From positions 30,373 to 94,372 of the forward strand of contig CACKSH010000007.1 of assembly GCA_902602765.1 (NCBI GenBank): a DNA stretch of 64,000 bases, given 5' to 3'. A program made the position numbers and the translations under genes. The notes beneath the pieces were generated by a model, which was not told the DNA's origin, made no database searches, and worked only from the letters and a program-made list of their open reading frames with translations. The DNA is from Paracoccaceae bacterium. Its GTDB lineage: Bacteria > Pseudomonadota > Alphaproteobacteria > Rhodobacterales > Rhodobacteraceae. This document shows, piece by piece, positions 1 to 10,001 of this stretch (positions are counted from its first letter, which is position 1; each line of letters starts with the position of its first letter).

Positions 1-2
1 GA

Positions 3-1124
3 CTAGCTATTTACATTATCAATGGAGAAATCGACTTCTTCAATATCTGAAACTCCTGAGTTCTCAATTACATTGAAATATTGTGCTTCACGACCAAGTT
101 CAGAAAAAAGTTTTTTGTCTGTGCCGGTCATCCATGCTTGAGCATCAAGAGCTTGTATTTCCTCATACAGAGCTGCTCGCCTATCTACGTCTAAATGTGC
201 TGATATCTCATCTAATAGCATTACCGGAGGATGCCCTAGTTCCAATTTTAAGGCTCGGGCATTAGCCAATATTATTGAAATCAGCATAGCCTTTTGTTCT
301 CCAGTAGAGCTGTCTTTGGCAGAAATACCTTTTTCTTTGTAAATAGCTTCCATATCTGAACGGTGGGGCCCAATCAGTGTGCGGCCTGCCATTATATCGA
401 GGTGCCGGTTTTCGGATAGTGCATTGATGAATTCATCTTGATCTGTTGGCAGATAATTGTCTGTTTGTGATAAAGATAGTTCAGCTATAGGAAACATAGT
501 GGTGGACTTATCTTGTGCTGTGCAAATTTTTTTTAAAGTAGCGATACGGTTTAATTGAATTAAGAGGCCATTTTGAGCCATCTGGCGTTCAAGTGCTTTA
601 TACCAAGCACCATCAGTTATTTTTTCTCTTAATAGACGGTTTCGTTCCCGCATGGCTTTATCATAGTTTAGAACACTATCCGCGTGTTTTGGGAAAAAAC
701 TGAGTGTAAGCCTGTCAAGAAATTTACGTCGGCCGTCTGCCCCCTCTATCCAGAGGCGATCCATAGATGGTAATAACCAAACCACTCTTAATAACTTTGC
801 TAAATCATTTTGTCTGGCAAGTTTACCATTAATTTTGACATTTCGAGATGAGGTATTTGTCCAAGAGGTTTCAATTAAATTAGAATTTACATCAGATATT
901 ACTTCTGCGTTTAGTTTCCATCCAATATTATCAGGACTTTTACTTAGTTCCGCTGTACTCGCCCTTCGAAGACCCCTTCCAGGTGAAAGCAAGGAAATTG
1001 CCTCAATTATATTCGTCTTACCAGCACCATTGCGCCCAAATAAAGCTATTGGACCATTTTTAGCTTGAACTTGTGTGTGTTTGTGAGATCGAAAATGTGA
1101 TAATGTCAGCTGATGAATATGCAA
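3..1124 (-). CDS. recF: DNA replication/repair protein RecF
   Basis: Walker A GRNGAGKTN, GPHRSD, STGEQKA and LLDEISAHLD motifs; TTG start with TAAGG upstream; follows dnaN. Confidence 0.96.
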   Translation of the reverse strand: MHIHQLTLSHFRSHKHTQVQAKNGPIALFGRNGAGKTNIIEAISLLSPGRGLRRASTAELSKSPDNIGWKLNAEVISDVNSNLIETSWTNTSSRNVKINGKLARQNDLAKLLRVVWLLPSMDRLWIEGADGRRKFLDRLTLSFFPKHADSVLNYDKAMRERNRLLREKITDGAWYKALERQMAQNGLLIQLNRIATLKKICTAQDKSTTMFPIAELSLSQTDNYLPTDQDEFINALSENRHLDIMAGRTLIGPHRSDMEAIYKEKGISAKDSSTGEQKAMLISIILANARALKLELGHPPVMLLDEISAHLDVDRRAALYEEIQALDAQAWMTGTDKKLFSELGREAQYFNVIENSGVSDIEEVDFSIDNVNS

Positions 1125-1151
1125 GACAAAACCTTATTTCTAAACAAATTA

Positions 1152-2270
1152 TTATACTCGCATTGGCATTACGACGTATACTGCAGATAAATCATTGCCC
1201 TCTCTAATTAGAACAGGGTCTCCGGAAGAGTTAAACATGAATATAGCATTTTCTTTATCAATTTGACCAGAAATTTCCAGCAAATACTTAGCGTTAAAGC
1301 CTATTTCTAAACGCTCATCGCTATAAGCCACCGCTACCTGTTCTTCTGCTGCTCCACTGTCTGGAGAATTAACAATTAAAGTAAGTTGATCGTCTTCTAA
1401 ACTAAGTTTAACCGCTCGTGATCTTTCTGATGAAACTGTAGAAACTCTATCAACAGCCTTTGCAAACTCATCAGCATCAACTTCTAATTTTTTCTCATTA
1501 GATGCAGGGATTACTCTAGTATAATCAGGAAAAGTTCCTTCAATTACTTTCGATGTTAACGTGATATCAGGCGTTGCAAAGCGAACCTTTGTCTCTGAAA
1601 CTGAGACAGCAATTTGTACTTCATCGTCATCTAAGAATTTTCTTATTTCCGCCACAGTTTTCCTTGGAATGATTACACCCGGTAACTCCTCTGCTCCTTC
1701 TGGTAATCCAGTATCTACTCTAGCCAGCCTGTGACCGTCAGTTGCCACGCACCTAAGCACTTTTGAATTTTCAAAGGTGGCGGAATGCATATAAACCCCG
1801 TTTAAATAGTATCGAGTCTCCTCGGTAGAAATGGCAAATCTAGATTTATCGAATAGCCGACGAAGATCGCCTGATTTTGCAGAAAAATTCGCGGCATACT
1901 CTGATGAAGCCATAATTGGAAAATCTTCCTTGGGGAGTGTCGCTAAGGAAAAATTTGATCGTCCAGCCTCTACCTTGAGTCTACTACTTTCAGTGTCAGC
2001 TGTAAGCTCGATTAACGCCCCATCAGGCAATTTACGAGCAATTTCATGCAGTAATATGGCTGAAACTGTAGTTGAGCCAGTACTATCGACTTTAGCTTGT
2101 ACTCGGTCAACTATTTCTACATCTAAGTCTGTAGCCCGAAACTGTACTTTATCGTCCTCAGCTTCAATAAGCACATTGGCAAGAATAGGAATTGTATTGC
2201 GGCGTTCAACCACTGATTGAGCGTGAGACACAGCCTTTAAGAGGGTATTTCTCTCTATGCTTAATTTCAT
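1152..2270 (-). CDS. dnaN: DNA polymerase III beta sliding clamp
   Basis: N-terminal VERRNTIPILAN, ATDGHRL, C-terminal VVMPMRV; dnaA-dnaN-recF synteny. Confidence 0.98.
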   Translation of the reverse strand: MKLSIERNTLLKAVSHAQSVVERRNTIPILANVLIEAEDDKVQFRATDLDVEIVDRVQAKVDSTGSTTVSAILLHEIARKLPDGALIELTADTESSRLKVEAGRSNFSLATLPKEDFPIMASSEYAANFSAKSGDLRRLFDKSRFAISTEETRYYLNGVYMHSATFENSKVLRCVATDGHRLARVDTGLPEGAEELPGVIIPRKTVAEIRKFLDDDEVQIAVSVSETKVRFATPDITLTSKVIEGTFPDYTRVIPASNEKKLEVDADEFAKAVDRVSTVSSERSRAVKLSLEDDQLTLIVNSPDSGAAEEQVAVAYSDERLEIGFNAKYLLEISGQIDKENAIFMFNSSGDPVLIREGNDLSAVYVVMPMRV

Positions 2271-2407
2271 TACTCTTGCTCCTATGATTAGATAATCGGA
2301 GTACCAGGTTAAACCATTTTAAAACGTGCTCAAGTGTTTTCTACAATTTAATGTCAATCGTACTTAAGGTGAAAACAACAATATTAATCTTTACATAATA
2401 TATCGTT

Positions 2408-3763
2408 TTAAGCTTCAAGTGCTCTACGTAAGATTTCAACGTCTTCTGCCACTTGACCATCTTGGTTTTTTAATTCCTCTATTCGCTTAACGCCGTGCAT
2501 TACAGTTGTATGATCTCGCCCTCCAAATCTTCGTCCTATTTCAGGAAGGCTACGACTTGTTAGGTTTTTTGAAAGATACATAGCAATTTGTCGAGGACGT
2601 GCATAAGTTCGCAGTCGTTTTGGTCCAATCATATCGGATAGGCGAATATTGTAGTGCTCAGAAACCTTGCGTTGAATTTCTTCAATTGTAATTTTTCTTT
2701 CTGATGCTCTTAGTACATCAGCAAGACAGTCTTGTGTAACGTCCAAAGTTATATGGCGACCAACTAAGGATGCAAAAGCAAACAGCCGGGTTAATGCACC
2801 TTCAAGAACCCTGACGTTTGTAGATATTCGAAGAGCCAAAAATTCTAGAACTTCTGGATCTAAACTGAGATCTGGATACTGTTTGCTGTACAGCTCGACC
2901 TTTGATTGAAGAATTCCTAGTCGCAGTTCATAATTAGTTGGATGTAGATCCACAACTAAACCACATTGTAATCTGCTTTTGATACGATCTTCCAGTCCCT
3001 TTATCTCGCCAGGTGCCCTATCTGCTGAAATTATAATTTGTTTTCCTTGGTCAACAAGAGCATTAAAAGTATGAAAAAACTCTTCCTGTGTACTATCTTT
3101 TCCAGCAATAAACTGAACATCGTCGACCATTAGTATATCAACAGATCGGAAAATTTGTTTAAAATCCATCATCTTTCTTTCCCGCAGTGACTGAACAAAG
3201 CGGTACATAAACTGTTCAGCTGATAGATATAAAACATTTAAATCTGGTCGTTTGGTTGACAATTCCCATGCTATGGCATGCATGAGATGTGTTTTACCTA
3301 ACCCAACGCCCCCGTAAAGAAATAGTGGATTAAACGTTACGGCCGTTCCATCCGCAACTCGTCGGGCAGCGGCATGCGCTAATTCATTTGGTTTCCCAAC
3401 TATAAAACTATCAAAAGTAAATCTTGGGTCTAATGGAGCGCCGGGTATTACCTCAGACCGCTTCATAGTTGACCTTGAAACTATTTCTTCATTTTTCGGA
3501 GTAGATTTTTTTGTAAGGTCGTCAGTATTTACTTTAAAAGCAACACGAGTAATACCTTTATCAAGATTATTGAGCTTGAAAAGAATTATATCACCAAAAT
3601 TTTGAGATACATAATTACCTAAAAATGTTGTCGGTACGTTAAAAGTTGCTACTCCGTCTATAACTTCAGAGAATTCGAGTGGAGATATCCAGTTTGTAAA
3701 ATTATTTTTGCCTATGGTTTCCTGAAGTTCTTCTTGAATTTTTCCCCAAAAATCTTTGTTCAT
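2408..3763 (-). CDS. dnaA: Chromosomal replication initiator DnaA
   Basis: NPLFLYGGVGLGKTHL Walker A, DDVQF, domain IV GGRDHTTV. Confidence 0.99.
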   Translation of the reverse strand: MNKDFWGKIQEELQETIGKNNFTNWISPLEFSEVIDGVATFNVPTTFLGNYVSQNFGDIILFKLNNLDKGITRVAFKVNTDDLTKKSTPKNEEIVSRSTMKRSEVIPGAPLDPRFTFDSFIVGKPNELAHAAARRVADGTAVTFNPLFLYGGVGLGKTHLMHAIAWELSTKRPDLNVLYLSAEQFMYRFVQSLRERKMMDFKQIFRSVDILMVDDVQFIAGKDSTQEEFFHTFNALVDQGKQIIISADRAPGEIKGLEDRIKSRLQCGLVVDLHPTNYELRLGILQSKVELYSKQYPDLSLDPEVLEFLALRISTNVRVLEGALTRLFAFASLVGRHITLDVTQDCLADVLRASERKITIEEIQRKVSEHYNIRLSDMIGPKRLRTYARPRQIAMYLSKNLTSRSLPEIGRRFGGRDHTTVMHGVKRIEELKNQDGQVAEDVEILRRALEA

Positions 3764-3967
3764 CTTTTAATTCCTAAAACTTCAGTTGTGTCACAGCTCA
3801 ACAGCTTTAATAGCGTCATTCCCTGCTAAAGATTTACACAAATCAAGCTTGGCGAAGTCTTGCTCCGCTAGCGATGCTACAAATTTTTAGATTGGTCAGA
3901 ATTAGATGCAGTGTGGCAAACCACTCCTAATAAACTGAACCCCCCAGGCGAACGACTCGCTAAAATG

Positions 3968-3997
3968 AACTTAACAAGTGTTTCTTGAATCATTCAA
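3968..3997 (-). promoter_or_regulatory. Putative sigma70 promoter of dnaA with an internal GANTC site
   Basis: Minus strand TTGAAT (3992-3997), 17-18 nt spacer starting with GATTC, then TTAAGT/TAAGTT (3968-3974); lies just after the rpsT terminator. Confidence 0.5.
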
Positions 3998-4060
3998 CAG
4001 AACTTAAGACTTGACTCAAAAAAAAATAAAGAGAATCACAAAGTAGTAAAAAGTACTAAG

Positions 4061-4090
4061 AAAAAAAAGGGACGCAGAAGGCGTCCCTTT
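4061..4090 (-). terminator. Rho-independent terminator of rpsT
   Basis: Perfect 10-bp inverted repeat AAAGGGACGC-agaag-GCGTCCCTTT running into an 8-nt U tract on the minus strand, 22 nt after the rpsT stop. Confidence 0.9.
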
Positions 4091-4112
4091 AAAATTAATC
4101 ATTAAATAATAA

Positions 4113-4376
4113 TTAAGCTAGGGATTTAACCCGAGCAGAAAGCCGCGACATTTTTCTAGCAGCAGTGTTTTTCTTGTAAACACCTTTAGTAACGCCGCGC
4201 ATCAGTTCTGGTTGCGCAGATTTTAAAGCGGAAGCGGCTAACTTCTTATCACCTGATGTGATAGCTTCTTCTACTTTTTTCAAGAAGGTACGGATACGTG
4301 ATCTGCGAGCCTTATTTACTTCGAGCTTTCGCTCGTTTTGTCTTGCTCTCTTTTTTGACTGAGGCGTATTTGCCAT
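4113..4376 (-). CDS. rpsT: 30S ribosomal protein S20
   Basis: [13 protein letters not shown]...[11 protein letters not shown]; 87 aa, basic. Confidence 0.98.
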   Translation of the reverse strand: MANTPQSKKRARQNERKLEVNKARRSRIRTFLKKVEEAITSGDKKLAASALKSAQPELMRGVTKGVYKKNTAARKMSRLSARVKSLA

Positions 4377-4467
4377 TTACGGACCCTTATATTCATAAAT
4401 TTCGTTGTTCTTTATGCGTGTCTCTAATTCGAGTCAACACGTCTGGTAACAAATTATTAGATTTTTG

Positions 4468-5244
4468 CTATTTATCTCGAAACTGAGCGTCTCGTTTCTC
4501 ACTAAAAGCTGCCATTCCTTCCTTTTGATCCTCAGTTGAAAACAATGAGTGGAAAACTCGGCGCTCAAAACGCAATCCTTCTTGTAATGGCATTTCATAC
4601 GCTCTATTTACCATTTCTTTCACGGCCATTGCTGTAAGCATTGATTTTTCAGATATCTTTAGTGCTGCCGACAAGGCTTCGTCTAGGAGCTTTTTAACTG
4701 GAACAACTCTACTAACTAATCCACATCTCTCTGCTTCATCCGCTTCCATTAATCTTCCTGTCAGGTTCATCTCCATTGCTTTTGATTTACCAACATACCG
4801 AGTTAATCTTTGTGTGCCTCCCAAGCCAGCAGATACACCTAGATTTATTTCAGGTTGACCAAATTTCGCTGTATCTGAGCAAATTATGAAATCGCACATC
4901 ATTGCTAGCTCACAACCACCTCCTAGTGCATATCCAGACACGGCGGCAATTATTGGCTTTCTAATTCTGCTTATTCTTTCAGACTCACTGGTAAACATGT
5001 CCTCTAAGAATACTTCGGAAAAGCTCTTCTCTTGCATCATTTTTATATCAGCACCTGCTGCAAATGCTTTCTCAGATCCCGTGAGTACTATACACCGGAC
5101 TTTCTCATTTTCCTGACTATCTTCTAACGCTTCGGCGAGCTCTTCAAGGAGCTGTTTGTTTAATGCATTTAGGGCTTCTGGCCGATTTAGTTTTATTACA
5201 CAAACGTGATCTTCAACGTCAACTATAAGTGTCTCAAAAGCCAT
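4468..5244 (-). CDS. Enoyl-CoA hydratase (crotonase family)
   Basis: KAFAAGADI, GYALGGGCELAM, FGQPEI (both catalytic Glu present); typical alphaproteobacterial neighbour of rpsT/mutM. Confidence 0.93.
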   Translation of the reverse strand: MAFETLIVDVEDHVCVIKLNRPEALNALNKQLLEELAEALEDSQENEKVRCIVLTGSEKAFAAGADIKMMQEKSFSEVFLEDMFTSESERISRIRKPIIAAVSGYALGGGCELAMMCDFIICSDTAKFGQPEINLGVSAGLGGTQRLTRYVGKSKAMEMNLTGRLMEADEAERCGLVSRVVPVKKLLDEALSAALKISEKSMLTAMAVKEMVNRAYEMPLQEGLRFERRVFHSLFSTEDQKEGMAAFSEKRDAQFRDK

Positions 5245-5305
5245 CAGCTATGTCTTTCATCGTGTTTACAGACCTTTTTTTAACATTTTTGCTAGAAGAC
5301 TCAAG

Positions 5306-6157
5306 CTATCTTTGGCAATTGCTGCAATAAAAACTTGAACGACCAGCCTGCGTTATACGTTTTATTTTACTGTAACACTCTGTGTTATAGCAATCTTGAT
5401 CTTCGCGACCATAAACGTCAAAGCTATGCTGAAAATAACCCAAATCCCCTGATGCATTTCTAAAATCTCTTAGTGAAGAGCCACCTGACGATATCGCTTC
5501 TAAAAGTATTTCTTTAATTATGGGTACCAGAGAGCTGAGCTTTTTGTGTGATATACGAAGTACTTGGCGTTTTGGAGAAATACCGGCCCGGAAAAGTGCT
5601 TCGCATACATATATATTGCCTAGGCCCGCAACAACACGCTGATCTAGTAATGCTGATTTTATATTTGTTTTTTTTAAACGCATAGTGCTCACAAAATATG
5701 CTTCATTAAAGCTGTTACTCAATGGCTCGGGCCCAATTTGACTAAGCATGCCGCTCAGTTCCAAGTTCTCAGTTTTAAGTAGATCAATAACCCCAAATCG
5801 CCGAGGGTCATTGAAAGTAAGTTGATGCTTATCCTTTAAATGTAAAATAAAGTGGTCATGCTTTTGGCTATGGGTCGTATTGTGATGAAAAGTGCCTGCA
5901 ACCTTTTGGGATATCATAATTCGACCTGACATCCCTAAGTGCATGATTAAAGTTTCCCCTTCAGACAAATCAATGAGTATATATTTTGATCTGCGATGTA
6001 AAAAATTTATCCTTCGGTTTTTTAGGCGTTTAGCGAGATTATTTGGAAATGGTCTTCGTAGGTCAGGCCTATTTACTTGAGCATAATCAATTTGATTACC
6101 CTCTAAAATTGGAGAAATACCCCTTAAAACGGTTTCAACTTCTGGTAATTCGGGCAT
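5306..6157 (-). CDS. mutM: Formamidopyrimidine-DNA glycosylase
   Basis: N-terminal MPELPEVE, HLGMSG, GLGNIY, C-terminal Cys4 zinc finger. Confidence 0.98.
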   Translation of the reverse strand: MPELPEVETVLRGISPILEGNQIDYAQVNRPDLRRPFPNNLAKRLKNRRINFLHRRSKYILIDLSEGETLIMHLGMSGRIMISQKVAGTFHHNTTHSQKHDHFILHLKDKHQLTFNDPRRFGVIDLLKTENLELSGMLSQIGPEPLSNSFNEAYFVSTMRLKKTNIKSALLDQRVVAGLGNIYVCEALFRAGISPKRQVLRISHKKLSSLVPIIKEILLEAISSGGSSLRDFRNASGDLGYFQHSFDVYGREDQDCYNTECYSKIKRITQAGRSSFYCSNCQR

Positions 6158-6242
6158 AAATTTGTCCCATAATTATTCGAGCGCATTGTATCGCGCCATA
6201 ACTAATCTATAAGTAACATAAAATTGTTTTTGGTTTGGAGCA

Positions 6243-6995
6243 ATGTCAGATAAAAAAGAAAATACAACTCATTTTGGCTTTGAGACCATTCTAGAAAAAG
6301 ATAAGTCTGAGAAAGTCCAAGGTGTTTTTAGTTCAGTCGCTTCAAAATATGATGTCATGAATGATGTTATGTCTCTAGGAATACATAGGGTCTGGAAGGA
6401 TGCAATGATGGACTGGTTAGCTCCAATCCGTGGTCAGGCATTGTTAGATGTTGCTGGCGGTACCGGTGATATCTCGTTTCGTTTTCTAAAGCGCGCCAGC
6501 GGTGCAAATGCCACAGTTTTAGATTTGACTGAACTAATGCTGGCAGAGGGAAGAAAGCGGGCTGAAACTGTTGGCATTTCTGGTCAACTCGAGTGGGTCG
6601 TGGGTGATGCTATGGCTCTTCCTTTTGAAGATGATAGTTTTGATGTCTACACTATTAGCTTTGGGATACGTAATGTTACTGATCCGCAAAAGGCTCTGTC
6701 TGAAGCTTATCGAGTTTTAAAGCCAGGTGGCAGAATTATGGTTCTTGAGTTCTCCCATATTCCAAATGATTTTTTGCAATGGTTTTACGATAAATATTCA
6801 TTTAATGTGATACCAAGGTTAGGTCAAATAATTGCAAGCGATCGAAGCAGCTATCAGTATCTCGTTGAAAGTATAAGGAAATTTCCAAAGCAAGAATCTT
6901 TTATGAAACTTGTAAATGCTGCTGGTTTTGAGAATACCAAATACCGCAACTTAACTATGGGAGTGGCTTGTTTACACTCTGGATGGAAAATTTAA
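6243..6995 (+). CDS. ubiE: Ubiquinone/menaquinone C-methyltransferase
   Basis: [34 protein letters not shown]-binding motif. Confidence 0.97.
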   Translation: MSDKKENTTHFGFETILEKDKSEKVQGVFSSVASKYDVMNDVMSLGIHRVWKDAMMDWLAPIRGQALLDVAGGTGDISFRFLKRASGANATVLDLTELMLAEGRKRAETVGISGQLEWVVGDAMALPFEDDSFDVYTISFGIRNVTDPQKALSEAYRVLKPGGRIMVLEFSHIPNDFLQWFYDKYSFNVIPRLGQIIASDRSSYQYLVESIRKFPKQESFMKLVNAAGFENTKYRNLTMGVACLHSGWKI

Positions 6996-8543
6996 ATGCG
7001 TGGACCTCATAATATTCTGCGGTTAATTCGTACGGGAGCAACTCTTGAGCGTACTGGTGCTATGCCAGTCATATTAAATGCTTTGGATGCCCCCAAAACG
7101 TTAAAGATTGCTGCTAGACTTGTTGTATGGCCATTTCAGTTTTTAGGTAGAAAGGGAGATCAATCATTACCTCCTGCTCCGAGAGCTTTAACGGCGATGG
7201 GTCCTGCGTACATTAAATTTGGTCAAATACTATCTACGCGACCAGATGTGGTTGGCCAAGAACTCGCTGATCAGCTGCGTGTTTTACAGGATAAATTGCC
7301 ACCGTTTTCCACCAAAGTTGCAAAGCAAAGTTTTAAGGCAGAGATTGGTATTGATGCTGATGATGTATTCAGTGCTTTCTCAGAGCCTGTCGCGGCCGCA
7401 TCTATTGCCCAGGTTCACCGTGGCCAATTGAGAGATACGGGTCATAGCGTTGCCATAAAAGTTTTAAGACCTGAAATAGAGCGGGCTTTTCAAAGAGATA
7501 TCGATACGTTTTATTTTGCTGCAAGGTTGGTTGAGTTTGTATCTCCTAAGTCGCGCCGTTTAAAGCCCATGGATGTGATTGCTCATTTTGATGGCGTGGT
7601 CCGTGGAGAACTAGATTTGCGTCTGGAAAGTGCATCAGCATCTGAATTTTTAGCAAATATTAGTCAAGATAAAGGTTTTTCCGTACCTTCGGTGAAATGG
7701 AGCCTTTCCAGTCGCCGAGTCATGACTTTGGATTGGGCAGATGGGGTGCCCATGGGCGATACTGATGCACTACTGGCAGCTGGTCACAATCTAAGTGAGC
7801 TTGGTGATAGGGTTTTGCATATGTTTTTAAATCATGCTTTGAGGGATGGATTCTTTCACGCCGATATGCATCAAGGTAACCTTAAAGTTTCTAGTAATGG
7901 AGATATTGTAGCCTTTGATTTTGGGATCATGGGTCATATCGATGAATACACAAGACGTGTTTATGCAGAAATTTTGTTTGGGTTTATTAAAAGAGATTAC
8001 AAGCGCGTCGCTGAAGTACATTTTGAAGCTGGGTATGTTCCGCAAGATCAAAATGTTGATGAGTTTGCTCGGGCTCTGCGGGCTGTAGGAGAACCAATCT
8101 TTGGTATGGATGCATCCAATATATCAATGGGAAGGCTTTTGAGTTACCTATTTGAGGTAACGGAACGTTTTGGTATGGAAACACGTACAGAACTTATTCT
8201 TCTGCAGCGGACAATGGTCGTGGTTGAAGGTGTAGCTAGGTCATTAAATCCACAAATAAATATTTGGGAAGTGGCGCGCCCAATTGTCGAGGGATATATT
8301 AAGTCCAGTTTGGGTCCAGTTGCAGTCTTTAACGATCTGATGACTACACTTAAAGTTTTAGCGCGTTTTGGACCAAGATTACCAACCTTGGTTGAACAGG
8401 CATTAATTAAACAGTCTAATCCGGAACCTCAAATCTTGAAAAGAAATTGGTCAAGCAATTTTAAGCTATTTGGGTTAGGATTTATATTTTTATGCTTAGT
8501 AACACTCATTCTCTTTTTGTACATGCACATTAATTTTGATTGA
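6996..8543 (+). CDS. ubiB: Ubiquinone biosynthesis kinase-like protein UbiB
   Basis: GPAYIKFGQILSTRPD, AASIAQVH, FFHADMHQGN, DFGIMG; abuts ubiE. Confidence 0.96.
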   Translation: MRGPHNILRLIRTGATLERTGAMPVILNALDAPKTLKIAARLVVWPFQFLGRKGDQSLPPAPRALTAMGPAYIKFGQILSTRPDVVGQELADQLRVLQDKLPPFSTKVAKQSFKAEIGIDADDVFSAFSEPVAAASIAQVHRGQLRDTGHSVAIKVLRPEIERAFQRDIDTFYFAARLVEFVSPKSRRLKPMDVIAHFDGVVRGELDLRLESASASEFLANISQDKGFSVPSVKWSLSSRRVMTLDWADGVPMGDTDALLAAGHNLSELGDRVLHMFLNHALRDGFFHADMHQGNLKVSSNGDIVAFDFGIMGHIDEYTRRVYAEILFGFIKRDYKRVAEVHFEAGYVPQDQNVDEFARALRAVGEPIFGMDASNISMGRLLSYLFEVTERFGMETRTELILLQRTMVVVEGVARSLNPQINIWEVARPIVEGYIKSSLGPVAVFNDLMTTLKVLARFGPRLPTLVEQALIKQSNPEPQILKRNWSSNFKLFGLGFIFLCLVTLILFLYMHINFD

Positions 8544-8556
8544 TAAAAAAATATAA

Positions 8557-9927
8557 TCAATAGCTATTTTGATCAAAAACTTTGGAAATATCACCACGCC
8601 AATTGGTATTATATAGATCTATTAATTTATCGGCGGCTGTGCGTTTGGTTTCCAGAACTTCTTTGAGTTCGTCAAGAAAATGAGTTTCATCTGGGAATTT
8701 AGAGTTAAAGCTTGAGATTGAGCGAGCTTTTAGACCCTCATTTGCAATGGTTAGTACTTCTCTGGCGAGTTCAATCATTTTAATGTTACCAACTTTGGCC
8801 TGAAGCCCTTTTTCTGCAGCTTCGACTCTGAGCTTTTCGCGGGTCTCTAGCTTCCATTCTTTTACAAGATCCCATGCCGCGTCTAGAGATGATTGGTTGT
8901 AGCACAAACCAACCCAAAGTGCAGGAAGTGCGCAAAGGCTTCGCCAGGGACCTCCATCCGCCCCACGCATTTCTATAAATTTTTTCAAACGGGCTTCAGG
9001 AAATATTGTGGTCAGGTGATCGGCCCAGTCATTCAAAGTTGGCAACTCGTTGGGTAGCGCTGGTAATTTCCCTTTTAGAAAATCGCGGAAAGATTGACCT
9101 AACGCATTTATATACTTCCCATCCCGATAAACGAAATACATTGGGACATCCAAGGCATAATCAACCCATCTTTCAAATCCAAAGGTTGGCTCAAATATAA
9201 ATGGGATTGTGCCGGTGCGTGAGGGGTCGAGATCTCTCCACACGCGGCTTCTCCAACTCTTGCAATGAGTAAGTTTGCCTTCGAAAAATGGGGAATTTGA
9301 AAAAAGTGCTGTACTAACAGGTTGCAGTGCGATTGCAACTCTCATTTTCTTAACCATATCTGCTTCAGATTCAAAGTCTAAATTAACTTGAACGGTGCAT
9401 GTTCGATACATCATTATTTTGCCCATAGTTCCAACTTTATCCATATAATCTGTCATAAGTCGGTATCGGCCTTTTGGCATTAGCGGCATCTCATGGTGTT
9501 TCCACGTGGGAGCAGCCCCCAACCCAATGAAACCAATACCAAGATCGTCAGCGATATTTTTAACTTGGTTTAAATGCGTATTCACCTCATCACAAGTTTC
9601 ATGGATACTTGCCAAAGGAGCCCCCGATAGTTCAAGCTGTCCTCCCGGCTCGAGTGAGACGTTAGCACCACCCATTGCGAGTCCTATAATATTGCCTGCT
9701 TCAAATATAGGTTCCCAGCCATACCTATTCTGCAACTCACTTAATACTGACTTTACTGATCTGGTCCCATCATATGGTATGGGTTTTAAAGTATCTTTAA
9801 AGAAACCAAATTTTTCGTGTTCAGTGCCAACTTTCCACTCTGATTTAGGTTTACATCCATCGGATAGGTAATGCACTAATTGGTCATAGTGCTCGATAGT
9901 ACCACCGCCTGACTGAGGAATTGACAT
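8557..9927 (-). CDS. gshA: Glutamate--cysteine ligase (alphaproteobacterial/plant type)
   Basis: GTEHEKFGF, SLEPGGQLELSG, MPKGRY, EMRGADGGPW. Confidence 0.95.
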   Translation of the reverse strand: MSIPQSGGGTIEHYDQLVHYLSDGCKPKSEWKVGTEHEKFGFFKDTLKPIPYDGTRSVKSVLSELQNRYGWEPIFEAGNIIGLAMGGANVSLEPGGQLELSGAPLASIHETCDEVNTHLNQVKNIADDLGIGFIGLGAAPTWKHHEMPLMPKGRYRLMTDYMDKVGTMGKIMMYRTCTVQVNLDFESEADMVKKMRVAIALQPVSTALFSNSPFFEGKLTHCKSWRSRVWRDLDPSRTGTIPFIFEPTFGFERWVDYALDVPMYFVYRDGKYINALGQSFRDFLKGKLPALPNELPTLNDWADHLTTIFPEARLKKFIEMRGADGGPWRSLCALPALWVGLCYNQSSLDAAWDLVKEWKLETREKLRVEAAEKGLQAKVGNIKMIELAREVLTIANEGLKARSISSFNSKFPDETHFLDELKEVLETKRTAADKLIDLYNTNWRGDISKVFDQNSY

Positions 9928-10001
9928 AGCTTGATCCTAAATACTTTTTAAAAAATTATATGTAATCTAACGCTTTTTTTATAATCTTAGTCGGATCCAC
10001 A

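Noticed and set aside
2309-2322. CtrA box upstream of dnaN (TTAA-accatt-TTAA)
   Set aside because: Spacer is 6 nt rather than 7, and TTAA is frequent in AT-rich DNA
2271-4112. oriC next to dnaA
   Set aside because: No cluster of TTATCCACA-like boxes in either flanking spacer (best matches have 2 mismatches); alphaproteobacterial origins are often unlinked to dnaA
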